NCBI GenBank assembly: GCA_035438705.1
Contig: DAORIV010000003.1
Location: 4,699-68,698, forward strand
Origin: Parcubacteria group bacterium
GTDB lineage: Bacteria; Patescibacteriota; Minisyncoccia; Phycocordibacterales; DATDWN01
Reading direction: 5' to 3'
DNA: 64,000 nt
Position 1 is the first letter of the stretch. Each line of letters starts with the position of its first letter. A program made the position numbers and the translations under genes. Positions 31,956 to 42,107 of the stretch are shown here, piece by piece. Under the pieces are notes generated by a model. The model was not told the origin of the DNA. It searched no databases and was given only the letters and a program-made list of their open reading frames with translations.

Positions 31956-34127
31956 ATGGAAATCAATTCCCTTCTTGAAAAAGAGTTTAGATTAAATCCT
32001 GGGCAAAAAAGTGCTTTAAAAAAATTAGGCTTAAGTAGTCTAGAAGATTTACTTTATCACTTTCCAACTAGATATGGAGACACTAGCGAAATAAAATATA
32101 TTCAAAGCCTAAAAAAAGGCGATACCTCTGTTATATTTGGTAAAATCTCTGGACTAAAAACATCCAAAGCTTTTATCAAAAAAATCCCAATGTCTGAAGC
32201 TTATTTAACAGATGAAACTGGGAAAATTAAACTTGTTTGGTTTAACCAACCCTACATAGCAAAAATGATAGCTGAAGGCAGTACTGTAAGAATTGAAGGT
32301 AAGGTATCAGAAAGAAAGAATGAACTGTATATAAACAACCCTAAGATTGAAATGGTTGGAAATATACCAGATGCAGTGGGTAATTCCCTATTCGGACAAG
32401 ATGCAAAAGACGAGCATACAATGTACCCCGTGTATCCAGAATCAAAAGGTATTTCATCTTTATGGTTTTATCATGCAATACAAAAAATATTTAATTCGAA
32501 GTTGCTAGATACAATAAAAGATCCCATTCCTGAGGATATACTTAAAAAATATAATCTTCCCAACATTAGAACTGCATTCATTTGGATTCATACACCAAGA
32601 AAAACCGATGATAGCTTGTCAGCAAAAAAAAGATTTGCTTTCCAAGAGATATTTTTTATACAAATTCAAAAACAACAAGAGAAAAAAATATGGTCTGAAA
32701 AAAGTAGTTGGTCACTTGAAACCAATAATAATGACATTCTGGACTTCGTTAATAGATTCCCATTTAAACCGACTTCGTATCAGCTTGATGCAATCAAATC
32801 TATAACTCTAGACTTTAAAAGAGGCTACCCCATGTCGAGACTACTTGAAGGAGATGTAGGCTCTGGTAAAACTGCTGTTGCAGCAGCAACAATATATGCA
32901 ATTACAAAATCAAGACCAACAGATGACTCTGGTGAAAAAATTACTGGTAATCTACAAACTGCTTATATGGTACCCACCGAAATTCTAGCTAAGCAACATT
33001 ATGAAAATTTTATAAATTATTTTAGTCATTTACCTATTAAAATTGGCCTACTCACTGGAAGTGAATGTAGAATATTTCCATCAAAAAGTGAACCCACAAA
33101 ATCTACTAAAATTTCAAAAGCTCAGCTATTAAAATGGGTAGCAAATGGAGAAATCCCTATACTCATTGGAACACATGCATTAATCCAAAAAAGTGTGACT
33201 TTTAAGCATTTAGCATATGTGGTAATCGACGAACAGCATAGATTCGGAACATTGCAGAGACAAAAAATTACTCTCAAAAGTGACAAGACTCCACACCTTT
33301 TATCTATGACAGCAACTCCAATACCTAGAACACTTGCACTTACAATATATGGTGATCTGGATATCACAGTTTTAGAAGGAATGCCTCATGGTAGGAAACC
33401 AATAATTACAAAAGTTGTTCTGCCAACAGACAGAGAAAAAGTTTACTCGGAAATTAAAAATGAACTAAACTCTGGTAGACAACTATATGTAATATGTCCA
33501 AGAATTGATGAGCCAGATCCAACAAAAGAAATGGCTGTGATGGCTAAATCAGTAAAACTAGAAGCCGAAAGATTAAGCAATGATGTTTTCCCAGATTACA
33601 TGATTGATATTCTTCATTCAAAAATGACACCAACTGAAAAAGAAGAGGTTATGAATGATTTTGAAGAAAAGAAAACTGACATACTGGTAGCAACTTCAGT
33701 TGTAGAAGTTGGTGTAAATGTTCCGAATGCGACCATGATAATTATTGAAGGTGCAGAAAGATTTGGTCTTTCACAATTACACCAACTAAGAGGAAGAGTC
33801 ATAAGATCCACTCATCAGGCATATTGTTATATTTTCCCTGAAAGCACCGGGCAAAAAACTAAAGATAGAATGAAGGCATTAACTACAGCCAAAAATGGTT
33901 TCGAATTGGCAGAATTTGATTTACAACAAAGAGGTGCTGGAGAGCTATACGGCAGAAAACAATGGGGCATCTCTGATATAGCAATGGAAGCAATCAAAAA
34001 TATTAAAATGGTAGAAGCAAGTAGGACAGAAGCTTCGAGAATAGTTGATTCTGGTGTAAACCTTGAAAAATATATTGAAATAAAAAAATATATTGAAAAT
34101 CAAAACAGTAAAATTCACTTTGAATAA
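31956..34127 (+). CDS. recG: ATP-dependent DNA helicase RecG
   Basis: RLLEGDVGSGKT, DEQHRFG, MTATPIPRTL, QLRGRV. Confidence 0.97.
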   Translation: MEINSLLEKEFRLNPGQKSALKKLGLSSLEDLLYHFPTRYGDTSEIKYIQSLKKGDTSVIFGKISGLKTSKAFIKKIPMSEAYLTDETGKIKLVWFNQPYIAKMIAEGSTVRIEGKVSERKNELYINNPKIEMVGNIPDAVGNSLFGQDAKDEHTMYPVYPESKGISSLWFYHAIQKIFNSKLLDTIKDPIPEDILKKYNLPNIRTAFIWIHTPRKTDDSLSAKKRFAFQEIFFIQIQKQQEKKIWSEKSSWSLETNNNDILDFVNRFPFKPTSYQLDAIKSITLDFKRGYPMSRLLEGDVGSGKTAVAAATIYAITKSRPTDDSGEKITGNLQTAYMVPTEILAKQHYENFINYFSHLPIKIGLLTGSECRIFPSKSEPTKSTKISKAQLLKWVANGEIPILIGTHALIQKSVTFKHLAYVVIDEQHRFGTLQRQKITLKSDKTPHLLSMTATPIPRTLALTIYGDLDITVLEGMPHGRKPIITKVVLPTDREKVYSEIKNELNSGRQLYVICPRIDEPDPTKEMAVMAKSVKLEAERLSNDVFPDYMIDILHSKMTPTEKEEVMNDFEEKKTDILVATSVVEVGVNVPNATMIIIEGAERFGLSQLHQLRGRVIRSTHQAYCYIFPESTGQKTKDRMKALTTAKNGFELAEFDLQQRGAGELYGRKQWGISDIAMEAIKNIKMVEASRTEASRIVDSGVNLEKYIEIKKYIENQNSKIHFE

Positions 34128-34147
34128 CTGTTTGATGTAAATCAAAT

Positions 34148-34174
34148 CGCTCGGCACAACTTAGTGCCGAGCGA
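34148..34174. terminator. GC-rich terminator between recG and the convergent small ORF
   Basis: CGCTCGGCAC-AACTTA-GTGCCGAGCG. Confidence 0.75.
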
Positions 34175-34183
34175 GTTAAACTC

Positions 34184-34375
34184 CTATACCTTACGTCTTG
34201 AAAATCGTCTCGGGGCTTGTTTTGTGGCTCTCTCAAACCTCTTACTCTCTCCATTTTTTTGCTGTTGCTTTCTTGCGGGATGTTGCAACTGTTCCCTTGT
34301 TTTGGGGTTACCCGACATGGCAATAACCACCAACACTGGCAACACGGTATAACTACGATGTCTTTCATTCCCCAT
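34184..34375 (-). CDS. Small basic hypothetical protein (SD-led)
   Basis: AAGGAGG 7 nt before the ATG; the stop lies just before the terminator; R/K/Q-rich tail. Confidence 0.55.
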   Translation of the reverse strand: MGNERHRSYTVLPVLVVIAMSGNPKTREQLQHPARKQQQKNGESKRFERATKQAPRRFSRRKV

Positions 34376-34502
34376 TAAAGAACCTCCTTAGTAAGGGAGT
34401 TTATCATTATAATATATTTTGTAAATAAACCAGATTACATTTGAAAAGACCCTAAATTTAATTGGACTTTAGGTTATTTTTTGGTATATTTCAGAGGTGT
34501 AT

Positions 34503-34637
34503 GGTCAGGGATATTTTTCTTGTCGACACAAGAAAAATTCCACGACCCTGCCTCGTCCGTTTTCCTTACTAGGAAAACATGACTCCGGCTCGCATTAGTC
34601 CTAACCGACTTAATGCGGATTAAGTCGGTTAGGCTAA
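34503..34637. repeat. Family A structured repeat plus a long perfect hairpin upstream of the tRNA
   Basis: GGTC..hairpin..GACCCTGCCTCG; CCTAACCGACTTAAT-GCGG-ATTAAGTCGGTTAGG. Confidence 0.6.
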
Positions 34638-34638
34638 C

Positions 34639-34712
34639 GCGCCTGTAGCTCAGTTGGTTAGAGCACAGAGCTTATACCTCTGGGGTCCCTGGTTCGAGTC
34701 CAGGCAGGCGCA
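34639..34712 (+). tRNA. tRNA-Ile (UAU anticodon)
   Basis: GCGCCTG/CAGGCGC-A; anticodon arm CAGAG-CT TAT AC-CTCTG; GGTTCGAGTCC; CCA not encoded. Confidence 0.93.
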
Positions 34713-34768
34713 CACGATTCAAAAACAGCATAGGTATGCTGTTTTTGTTTACGTGTGCGGGGCACAGG

Positions 34769-34822
34769 CCGACGGGCCGAGCCGGGGTTGCACAAAAATT
34801 CACCAGAATTTTATGTGTGACC
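34769..34822 (-). repeat. Family A structured repeat (reverse orientation)
   Basis: Minus strand GGTC..hairpin..ACCCCGGCTCGGCCCGTCGG, similar to 62810-62858. Confidence 0.55.
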
Positions 34823-34866
34823 ACACGAAAAAACCGCAGTACAACACCTGTTATACCACGGTTTCC

Positions 34867-35103
34867 TTAATGCTTAGTCGAGCCAACATGGCCGATAAAG
34901 TCGTCATGGGATGATGAATCCAGAATTACATTTTCACCCCCCAAATTGAGAGGTTCATTGTGAGACAATCTCCCACACTTGTCACAAACACTTTCAAGTG
35001 AGGATTTATTGCCCACTGTTATGACGATTTCGACCATCCTTCCTGTGCAAACCTGTTCTTTACCTGAAGGTGAAATGGTCAATTTCATGCAAAACTGGTT
35101 CAT
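34867..35103 (-). CDS. Small Cys-containing (possible zinc-ribbon) protein (SD-led)
   Basis: AAAGGAG 8 nt before the ATG at 35103; C..C..CDKC; followed by a long-stem terminator at 34828-34864. Confidence 0.6.
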   Translation of the reverse strand: MNQFCMKLTISPSGKEQVCTGRMVEIVITVGNKSSLESVCDKCGRLSHNEPLNLGGENVILDSSSHDDFIGHVGSTKH

Positions 35104-35157
35104 TTGTTCTACTCCTTTCTGGCTACACAATAACACTATTTTAAATAATAATCAACC

Positions 35158-37089
35158 CTAATCTTGATGCTCTATATCCAACTTCTTTTTTGGTGTTATT
35201 CCATTTGCAACTAGAATAGTTTCAAACTCTGCCCTTTCAATCGTTTCAACCTCCATTAACCTATTTGCTATTGCATCTAACAACTTTCTATTTTCTTTTA
35301 TAACTCTTTCAGCTTTCTCATGTGCCTCTTTCATTATTTTTGAAACCTCTGAATCAATTTCACTTGCGACTTTCTCAGAAAATTCTTTATCTTCTACCCC
35401 CCTTCCAAAAAGAGTTTTTCCACCTTCACCTTCAAGTGCTATCGGTCCAAGCAAATCTGACATACCGTATTTTGTTACCATATCCCGAGCGAGCGCAGTT
35501 GAAACTTGCAAATCATTTGATGGACCAGTTGTTAAATCATCAAAAAGCATTTTTTCAGTTACATAACCACCCAAAGATACAGCAATATCATCTAGAAACT
35601 CTTTTTTAGATTGCAATTTCTTTTCTTCGAGAGCCAGTTTAAAAACATAACCCAATGCTCTTCCTCTAGATATTATAGTTATTTTGTGAACTGGATCAGC
35701 ATAAGGGAGAATAGAGGCAAGTACAGCATGACCCGCTTCATGATAAGCAGTGACTTCTTTTTCTTTTTTCGAAAGTAAATGACTTCTTCTTTCAGGACCG
35801 ATAATAACTTTTTCAATTGATCTTATTAAATCATATTGAGAAATTTTTGTTCTATTTTCTCTAGCAGCAAGTATTGCACCCTCATTCATAAGTGAGTACA
35901 AATCTGCCCCACTAAATCCTGGAGTTCTTTCTGCAATTACTTTCAAATTTACATCTTCAGCAAAAGGCTTTTTAACACTGTGAACTTTCAGTATTTCTTC
36001 TCTATCACTTCTATCAGGCAAATCCAAAGTAACTCGTCTATCGAACCTTCCCGGTCTAAGAAGAGCAGAATCTAGAACATCAGGTCTATTTGTAGCAGCC
36101 ATTACAATAACTTTCTCATTTGGTTCGAAACCATCCATTTCAACTAGTATCTGGTTTAATGTTTGCTCTCTTTCATCGTTACCTCCACCAGCACCAACAC
36201 CACGAACTCTTCCAACTGCATCGATCTCATCTACGAAAATTATTGATGGTGAATTTTTCTTTGCTATTAAAAATAAGTCTCGCACCCTACTTGCTCCCAC
36301 ACCCACAAACATTTCCACAAATTCTGAACCCGATATAGAGAAAAATGCTACTCCAGCTTCTCCTGCAACTGCACGCGCTAGTAATGTTTTTCCAGTACCA
36401 GGTGCTCCCATAAGTAAAATTCCTTTTGGAATTCTAGCTCCAATATCTAAAAACTTTTTAGGATTCTTTAAAAAATCTACTATTTCAGCCAACTCTTCTT
36501 TTGCCTCTTTCGCACCCGCAACATCTTTAAAGGTGACGCGCTGACTTTTATCATTTGGATCAATCATTCTTGCTTTTGATTGGCCGAAAGTTAAAGCCTG
36601 AATACCGGCACCCTTCATCTGTCTTGTGATAAACCAAATAAACACCGCAATAAAAAGAATTGGGAAAATTATTGGTGACAAATTCATAACCCAATAACCA
36701 AACCCCCCTTGATTTTTTATCTCAATCTTTACAGTTGAAACCTGATCTTTTGTTACACCATAGTTAACCAAAGTCTGAAGCAATGCTTCTCCCTCCTCTT
36801 TCTTTGAGACTTTCTTATCTCCATTTTTATATTCAACTTCCAAGGCATCCCCTTTAACTAAAACTGATTTTACTAATCCAGATTTAATGTCTGTAGATAA
36901 TTCAGAGATGGGTACCTGAACCGGACTATTTGAACCAAAACTAGAAACCACTGAATATATAAGAGAGAGAATAACAAATATTGTAATTACAGAAAAAACA
37001 TAATTTAAAAATGAACCTCCATCTCCCCCGCCCTTGTTACCTCTTTTTAACAATACTTTGTTTTTATCTTGCGGTTTAGGTTTTTCCAT
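35158..37089 (-). CDS. ftsH: ATP-dependent zinc metalloprotease FtsH
   Basis: [25 protein letters not shown]. Confidence 0.98.
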   Translation of the reverse strand: MEKPKPQDKNKVLLKRGNKGGGDGGSFLNYVFSVITIFVILSLIYSVVSSFGSNSPVQVPISELSTDIKSGLVKSVLVKGDALEVEYKNGDKKVSKKEEGEALLQTLVNYGVTKDQVSTVKIEIKNQGGFGYWVMNLSPIIFPILFIAVFIWFITRQMKGAGIQALTFGQSKARMIDPNDKSQRVTFKDVAGAKEAKEELAEIVDFLKNPKKFLDIGARIPKGILLMGAPGTGKTLLARAVAGEAGVAFFSISGSEFVEMFVGVGASRVRDLFLIAKKNSPSIIFVDEIDAVGRVRGVGAGGGNDEREQTLNQILVEMDGFEPNEKVIVMAATNRPDVLDSALLRPGRFDRRVTLDLPDRSDREEILKVHSVKKPFAEDVNLKVIAERTPGFSGADLYSLMNEGAILAARENRTKISQYDLIRSIEKVIIGPERRSHLLSKKEKEVTAYHEAGHAVLASILPYADPVHKITIISRGRALGYVFKLALEEKKLQSKKEFLDDIAVSLGGYVTEKMLFDDLTTGPSNDLQVSTALARDMVTKYGMSDLLGPIALEGEGGKTLFGRGVEDKEFSEKVASEIDSEVSKIMKEAHEKAERVIKENRKLLDAIANRLMEVETIERAEFETILVANGITPKKKLDIEHQD

Positions 37090-37165
37090 AGTAGAACAAT
37101 TATACATAATTTACAGCAAAACGAAAGAAAAATATTCGACCTATAAATGTGTTATAATCATAAAA

Positions 37166-37609
37166 ATGAGCTTGATTACCAATAAAAAAGCCGGCTTCAA
37201 TTACGAAATTAAAGAGAAATACTCTGCAGGTATTGAGCTTTTTGGTTTTGAGGTAAAAGCCGTGAGAAAGGGTCAAGGAAATTTGGATGGTTCATATATT
37301 ACAGTCAGAGGTGGTGAAGCATACCTAATTGGGGCATTTATACCTCCATTTCAAGAGAAAAATGCTCCAAAGGACTTTGACCCTAGGAGAAATAGAAAGC
37401 TTATTTTGACCGCAAAAGAGATAAGGGAGTTAGAAAAAATTGAAAAAACAAAAGGATTGACAATAGTACCTATTTTGGTGTATAATAAGGGAAGATTTCT
37501 AAAGCTTGAAGTGGGTATAGGCTCAGGAAAAAAGAAGTTTGATAAAAGAGAAAGTATTAAAAAACATAATGTCGAACGAGACATTAGACGAGAATACTCA
37601 GATAGATAA
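37166..37609 (+). CDS. smpB: SsrA-binding protein SmpB
   Basis: NKKA, AGIELFGFEVKA, RKLIL, GKKKFDKR; adjacent to tmRNA. Confidence 0.96.
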   Translation: MSLITNKKAGFNYEIKEKYSAGIELFGFEVKAVRKGQGNLDGSYITVRGGEAYLIGAFIPPFQEKNAPKDFDPRRNRKLILTAKEIRELEKIEKTKGLTIVPILVYNKGRFLKLEVGIGSGKKKFDKRESIKKHNVERDIRREYSDR

Positions 37610-37656
37610 ATGAAATTCGCTTAAAGCAAATCTCGGTATTGCTAGGTTTATTTTAA

Positions 37657-38047
37657 GGGGATGACAGGTATAGACAGATAAGTTCATTGAAAATTGTGCA
37701 TGGTAGAGTTGTGATAACTCTTTAAACTTTCACAAAGCATAGATGCTAAAAACACCTTTGCAAAAGCTATCCCTTCACCATTTATGGCGAATGGATACGC
37801 TCTCGCTTTCGCTTAATCTATAAGATTTAAGCCAAAGCGGCGGCCACTCCCCTAAGTCTGTTACGGGAAATGGTTGATATATCTTCGGACTAGAAATTAT
37901 TTGTGTTTCCAAATAATTTTGAAACAAAGAAAACAAAAATCTGATTTATTTTGTTTATTTGAAGAATTAGATTAAATTAAATAAACTAAACCATGTAGAT
38001 CGATTCTCAAAATTTATTTGCACCCGGCTTCAATGCCGGCTTCTCCA
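37657..38047 (+). ncRNA. ssrA: tmRNA; tag reading frame 37745-37816 AKNTFAKAIPSPFMANGYALAFA*
   Basis: 5' GGGGATG, 3' T-arm plus CTCCA; resume context ATAGAT-GCT; tag ends YALAFA. Confidence 0.93.
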
Positions 38048-38181
38048 CAAATTAAAACATTAGCGCCCAAAAGGGTGCTTTTGTTTTTATTTAAAGAACC
38101 GCCTTCGGGCGTGCTTTTCTGTTTGACACCCAACTCAAATTCCTGTAATACAAGGCAATGAGAGACTTTTAAGTTAAGTCC

Positions 38182-38640
38182 ATGAAAGAACCCAAATACA
38201 CAAAACAGGGGTTTACACTAACAGAAATACTCATAGTTGTAGGTTTAATCACTATGATTGGTATCATAGTCCCAATTTTTAATTCAAACACTCTACACAA
38301 AGAATCTTTTGAAGCAGAGATAGAGAAAATTACCGACCTTCTTTTCAAAGCAAGACATAATTCTCAAAACAATATAAACCAAAGCAAACATGGAGTATTT
38401 ATACAAAATGAAGGATACACTTTGTTTGAGGGAAATTCATTTGCATTAAGTGAACCTCAAAATAATATTTTTATTAAAAGTGAATACCCTATCCAAATAG
38501 CAACAACTTCAATAGTTGAAATAATTTTTAATGAATCAAGTGCTGAAGTCACAAACAAAGGCGAAATAATGGTAACTGATAAATTCACAAATAAAGTAGT
38601 TAGTATAAAAATAAATCATGAAGGACAAATCAACTATTAA
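38182..38640 (+). CDS. Pilin/pseudopilin (FimT/GspH-like)
   Basis: QG|FTLTEILIV. Confidence 0.8.
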   Translation: MKEPKYTKQGFTLTEILIVVGLITMIGIIVPIFNSNTLHKESFEAEIEKITDLLFKARHNSQNNINQSKHGVFIQNEGYTLFEGNSFALSEPQNNIFIKSEYPIQIATTSIVEIIFNESSAEVTNKGEIMVTDKFTNKVVSIKINHEGQINY

Positions 38641-40111
38641 TTTTTCGGGTTTCTCTACTATAGAAATAGTGATAGCGCTTGCTGTTTTGTCTTCTGCATT
38701 AGTTCTCGGAATGTATGGAACTTACAGTGGTCAGTACTGGAGAGAAGCATCATCAGTACGACTAGAAGCTGTATATGAAAATCAAAGTATAAATGAGGAA
38801 CTAAAAAAATACACAGACAGTAACTTCTACAACAGTACATCATCAGATTTCACAATAGTAGACCCGAATTGTATCCAAGGCAACCTTTGTTATTACACAG
38901 AAATACATACCGAAGAAATATCTATTTGCTTAAAAAACACTGAAATTACAACACAGTTCAAATTAAGCAATTATCCAACCACCAGTATTGATAGCACCAT
39001 TTATCCACTTAACAACTCTGAATATATTAAAAATAGTGGAGACTGCATATTAAAAACTCCAAGTGGTGACTGGAACAGCCCCCTACATAGCATTGGCTAT
39101 TTAGAGTCTCCGGGTTTAGGTCAAAACGATTCCAAAAGTATCGGAGACTACATTTATATTGCCAATAATAACTCCCCTACATTTGTTATTTACAAAAAAG
39201 AGAATGACACTTTAGTTAAAATTAGTACTTTTGATGTTCAAATAAATAATTTTAGTACAAAAATTAACGCTTTTGATATATACAAAAACTACACAAGTAA
39301 TAGGACCTATGTTTTTGCCACACTCGCAACAAGCACTAAACAACTTGCCGTGTTAGATATAACTGATCCTGAAAACATACAATCAAAATCGTTTTTAAGT
39401 TTCAAAAACGTAAACCCTTCAGGATCATTCCCCCAAGGGTACAAAGTACTTGTATATGATAACCGTGTATATGCTGTCACCAGAGAAACATCAGGATATG
39501 AATTTCATATCTTCAATATTGAGAATGTAGATAATATTTTTGAAATTGGAAATGGTTTTGAATTAAACAGAACAGTTAATGAAATACTTGTTAGAGACCA
39601 GATGGTAAACAATCAAGAAAAAAGATTGGTGTTTTTAGCCTCAGATTCAAATATTAAAGAGCTAAGTATATTGGATGTTACAAATGATGTTGTGTCGGAA
39701 ATAAATTCAATCAACTTGCCTGGCAATCAAGACGGCCTAAGTTTATTCTCTTCAGGTGAACTATTATACTTGGGAAGAAGTAGTAACACTCAAGGAGGTG
39801 AACTGTATGCATTTAACATAAAGCATCCACAAAACCCAATCAGCATTTTGTCACAAGCAGAAGTTTCAGCAAATGTAAACCACATAAAAGCATCGGGGGA
39901 ATATATTTTCTTGAGCACCAATCGTGCGGGAGAAACCTTTCAGGTGTGGGATAGAAACCATGATATTTGGAATAGCACTTTAAATACAGGTAGACTAAAC
40001 AGCCACAACTTCCCCAACCTGAACAATATTGAACTAAACGAGGGTTGGATAAGCTTGATTAACAACTCAACTATTTCTGACAAAATTCAGTTGCTAAAAG
40101 GATATGAGTAG
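38618..40111 (+). CDS. Pilin-like protein with a C-terminal beta-propeller (LVIVD-like repeats)
   Basis: SG|FSTIEIVIAL; repeats LAVLDITDP, FHIFNIEN, LSILDVT, LYAFNIKHP. Confidence 0.75.
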   Translation: MKDKSTINFSGFSTIEIVIALAVLSSALVLGMYGTYSGQYWREASSVRLEAVYENQSINEELKKYTDSNFYNSTSSDFTIVDPNCIQGNLCYYTEIHTEEISICLKNTEITTQFKLSNYPTTSIDSTIYPLNNSEYIKNSGDCILKTPSGDWNSPLHSIGYLESPGLGQNDSKSIGDYIYIANNNSPTFVIYKKENDTLVKISTFDVQINNFSTKINAFDIYKNYTSNRTYVFATLATSTKQLAVLDITDPENIQSKSFLSFKNVNPSGSFPQGYKVLVYDNRVYAVTRETSGYEFHIFNIENVDNIFEIGNGFELNRTVNEILVRDQMVNNQEKRLVFLASDSNIKELSILDVTNDVVSEINSINLPGNQDGLSLFSSGELLYLGRSSNTQGGELYAFNIKHPQNPISILSQAEVSANVNHIKASGEYIFLSTNRAGETFQVWDRNHDIWNSTLNTGRLNSHNFPNLNNIELNEGWISLINNSTISDKIQLLKGYE

Positions 40112-40556
40112 AACAAACAAAACAAAAGGCATAACACTTATTGAAACCATAATCTACATTGGTCTATTAGGTATTATTATTTATGGTGGAATTTTCACCA
40201 CTTTCCACATGGTTGAAATTGGCAACAAAAACTCAAACTATTCAAAAATACTAAATGAAGCTATTTTTATAAATAATAAAATCAACTGGATACTTACGAA
40301 CAGCACTTCAATTGAAGTTTTAAACAATTCACTTATTGTTAACAAAGAAGGTTTAAATGAGAATAATCCCTTAGTGCTAAAACAAAATAGTAAAAATATA
40401 ACTTTAAAACGCGGGCAAAATGAAGATAATATACTAAACAATGAAAGATATATAATAAGTGATGTAATTATTGACCACAACCCTACTCAAAAATTCATTA
40501 CTATAAAATATAAAATTAATAACCAAAACTTTAGTTATAAAAAATATTTAAATTAG
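40104..40556 (+). CDS. Minor pilin (PilW-like)
   Basis: KG|ITLIETIIY. Confidence 0.8.
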   Translation: MSRTNKTKGITLIETIIYIGLLGIIIYGGIFTTFHMVEIGNKNSNYSKILNEAIFINNKINWILTNSTSIEVLNNSLIVNKEGLNENNPLVLKQNSKNITLKRGQNEDNILNNERYIISDVIIDHNPTQKFITIKYKINNQNFSYKKYLN

Positions 40557-40615
40557 GTTGATTTTTCTCACCAAATCAGCTATATTTTAAGCCTTGATTA
40601 TTTAATGAAAAACCT

Positions 40616-41194
40616 ATGGCAATGCTTGAATACAACGAAATAGTAGAAAGAAAGTACATCGTTTTTAACGGTGAACCTTGGGAAGTACTCTCCTCTCACG
40701 TTTTCAGAAAACAACAAAGAAAGCCTGTTAATGCCACAAAACTTAAAAACCTTATTACTGGAAAAGTTACAGAACAATCTTTCCACGTATCTGAAAAAGT
40801 CGAAGAGGCAGAAATAGACAGTAAAGAGGCAAAGTACCTGTACAACAACAAAGGCGAATACTGGTTCTGTGAACCTAATGATCCTTCAAAAAGATTTTCT
40901 CTTTCAGATTCAGTTATGGGTCCTAGAGGAAAATTTCTTAAGGTCAACTCTGTTATTGAAGTACTATCATTTGAAGACACTACTATTGGTATTAAAATGC
41001 CAATCAAGGTAGAACTAAAGGTGGTTGAAGCACATCCAGCAGTTAAAGGTAACACTGCTCAAGGTGCAACAAAAATTGTAAAACTAGAAACAGGTGCTGA
41101 AATAAATGTTCCAATGTTTATCAAAGAAGGTGAAATTGTAAGAGTAAACAGTGAAACTGGAGAGTATGCAGAACGAGCTGAAGCTGGTTTTTAA
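40616..41194 (+). CDS. efp: Elongation factor P
   Basis: KLKNLITG, KGNTA, LETGAEINVPMFIKEGE. Confidence 0.93.
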   Translation: MAMLEYNEIVERKYIVFNGEPWEVLSSHVFRKQQRKPVNATKLKNLITGKVTEQSFHVSEKVEEAEIDSKEAKYLYNNKGEYWFCEPNDPSKRFSLSDSVMGPRGKFLKVNSVIEVLSFEDTTIGIKMPIKVELKVVEAHPAVKGNTAQGATKIVKLETGAEINVPMFIKEGEIVRVNSETGEYAERAEAGF

Positions 41195-41278
41195 ATTTCT
41201 AAGACTCTGAAAAAACAAAAACCACCGAATGGTGGTTTTTGTTAACCTTCACAAAGTATTAAAATGAAGAATCTCTTA

Positions 41279-41388
41279 GGTTTTTTGGCGAAGGTCGCGT
41301 ATAAAATAAAAACTGGAGCCTGAGATGTACAAGTAGTACTTCGATGGACCAGTTTTTATTTTAGACGATGAGATTTGTCAAAAAGACA
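41279..41388. repeat. Long palindromic element, family B
   Basis: TAAAATAAAAACTGG/CCAGTTTTTATTTTA around GGAGCC..GTACAAGTAGTAC. Confidence 0.65.
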
Positions 41389-41392
41389 AGAG

Positions 41393-41599
41393 CTATCTAG
41401 AAACATATGGGAGTAACCCCATAAAGCGAGCCCTCTTTATAGCCATAGCCAAATTTCTCTGATTCTTTGCAGTAACACCTGTTCTCTTTCTTGCAATCAT
41501 TCTTGCGTGTGGATTTAGAAACTTCTTAAGAAGCTCTACATCTTTGTAGTCTATATGTTTTATATTATTCTCAGTGAAGTAACAGTTTTTTGAATTCAT
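41393..41599 (-). CDS. rpsR: 30S ribosomal protein bS18
   Basis: [12 protein letters not shown]; [19 protein letters not shown]. Confidence 0.97.
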   Translation of the reverse strand: MNSKNCYFTENNIKHIDYKDVELLKKFLNPHARMIARKRTGVTAKNQRNLAMAIKRARFMGLLPYVSR

Positions 41600-41658
41600 A
41601 TTATTTATTTAAATTTTCTTAATTTTTTCTATTTAATTTATTTTAATTTCTAACGAAA

Positions 41659-42102
41659 TTAAAATGGAATATCTTCTGGGTTTATCTCCTCCTCAGGATA
41701 CTCTATCGTATCCATCGCCTTCTTATCATCCTCTGCAGGAGCTGGAGAGGCAAATCCCCCAGAAACTGCCCCATCTCTTTTAGGTCCGAACTGCATTCTG
41801 TCTACAACAATCTCAGTTCTATATTTTTTAACACCTGATGCATCATCCCAACTTCTTGTTTGCATTCTACCTTCCACTAAAATTGAAGAGCCTTTCTTCA
41901 TGTATTGTCCCACCATTTCTGCTTGTCTTCCGAAAACAACTACATTGTGATAGTCGACATTCTCTTGTTTAACACCATTTTTATCTTTCCAAACTCTATT
42001 TGTAGCCACTGAGAAACTTGCAACCTTAATACCAGATGGAAGAGCTTTGATTTCTGGATCTCTTGTTATATTCCCTATTACTATTGCTTTGTTTAAATAC
42101 AT
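41659..42102 (-). CDS. ssb: Single-stranded DNA-binding protein
   Basis: LNKAIVIGNITRDPE; C-terminal EDIPF. Confidence 0.97.
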   Translation of the reverse strand: MYLNKAIVIGNITRDPEIKALPSGIKVASFSVATNRVWKDKNGVKQENVDYHNVVVFGRQAEMVGQYMKKGSSILVEGRMQTRSWDDASGVKKYRTEIVVDRMQFGPKRDGAVSGGFASPAPAEDDKKAMDTIEYPEEEINPEDIPF

Positions 42103-42107
42103 ATTTT

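Noticed and set aside
34003-34368. 121-aa alternative ORF
   Set aside because: It runs through the terminator and into recG antisense; SD spacing favours the ATG at 34375.
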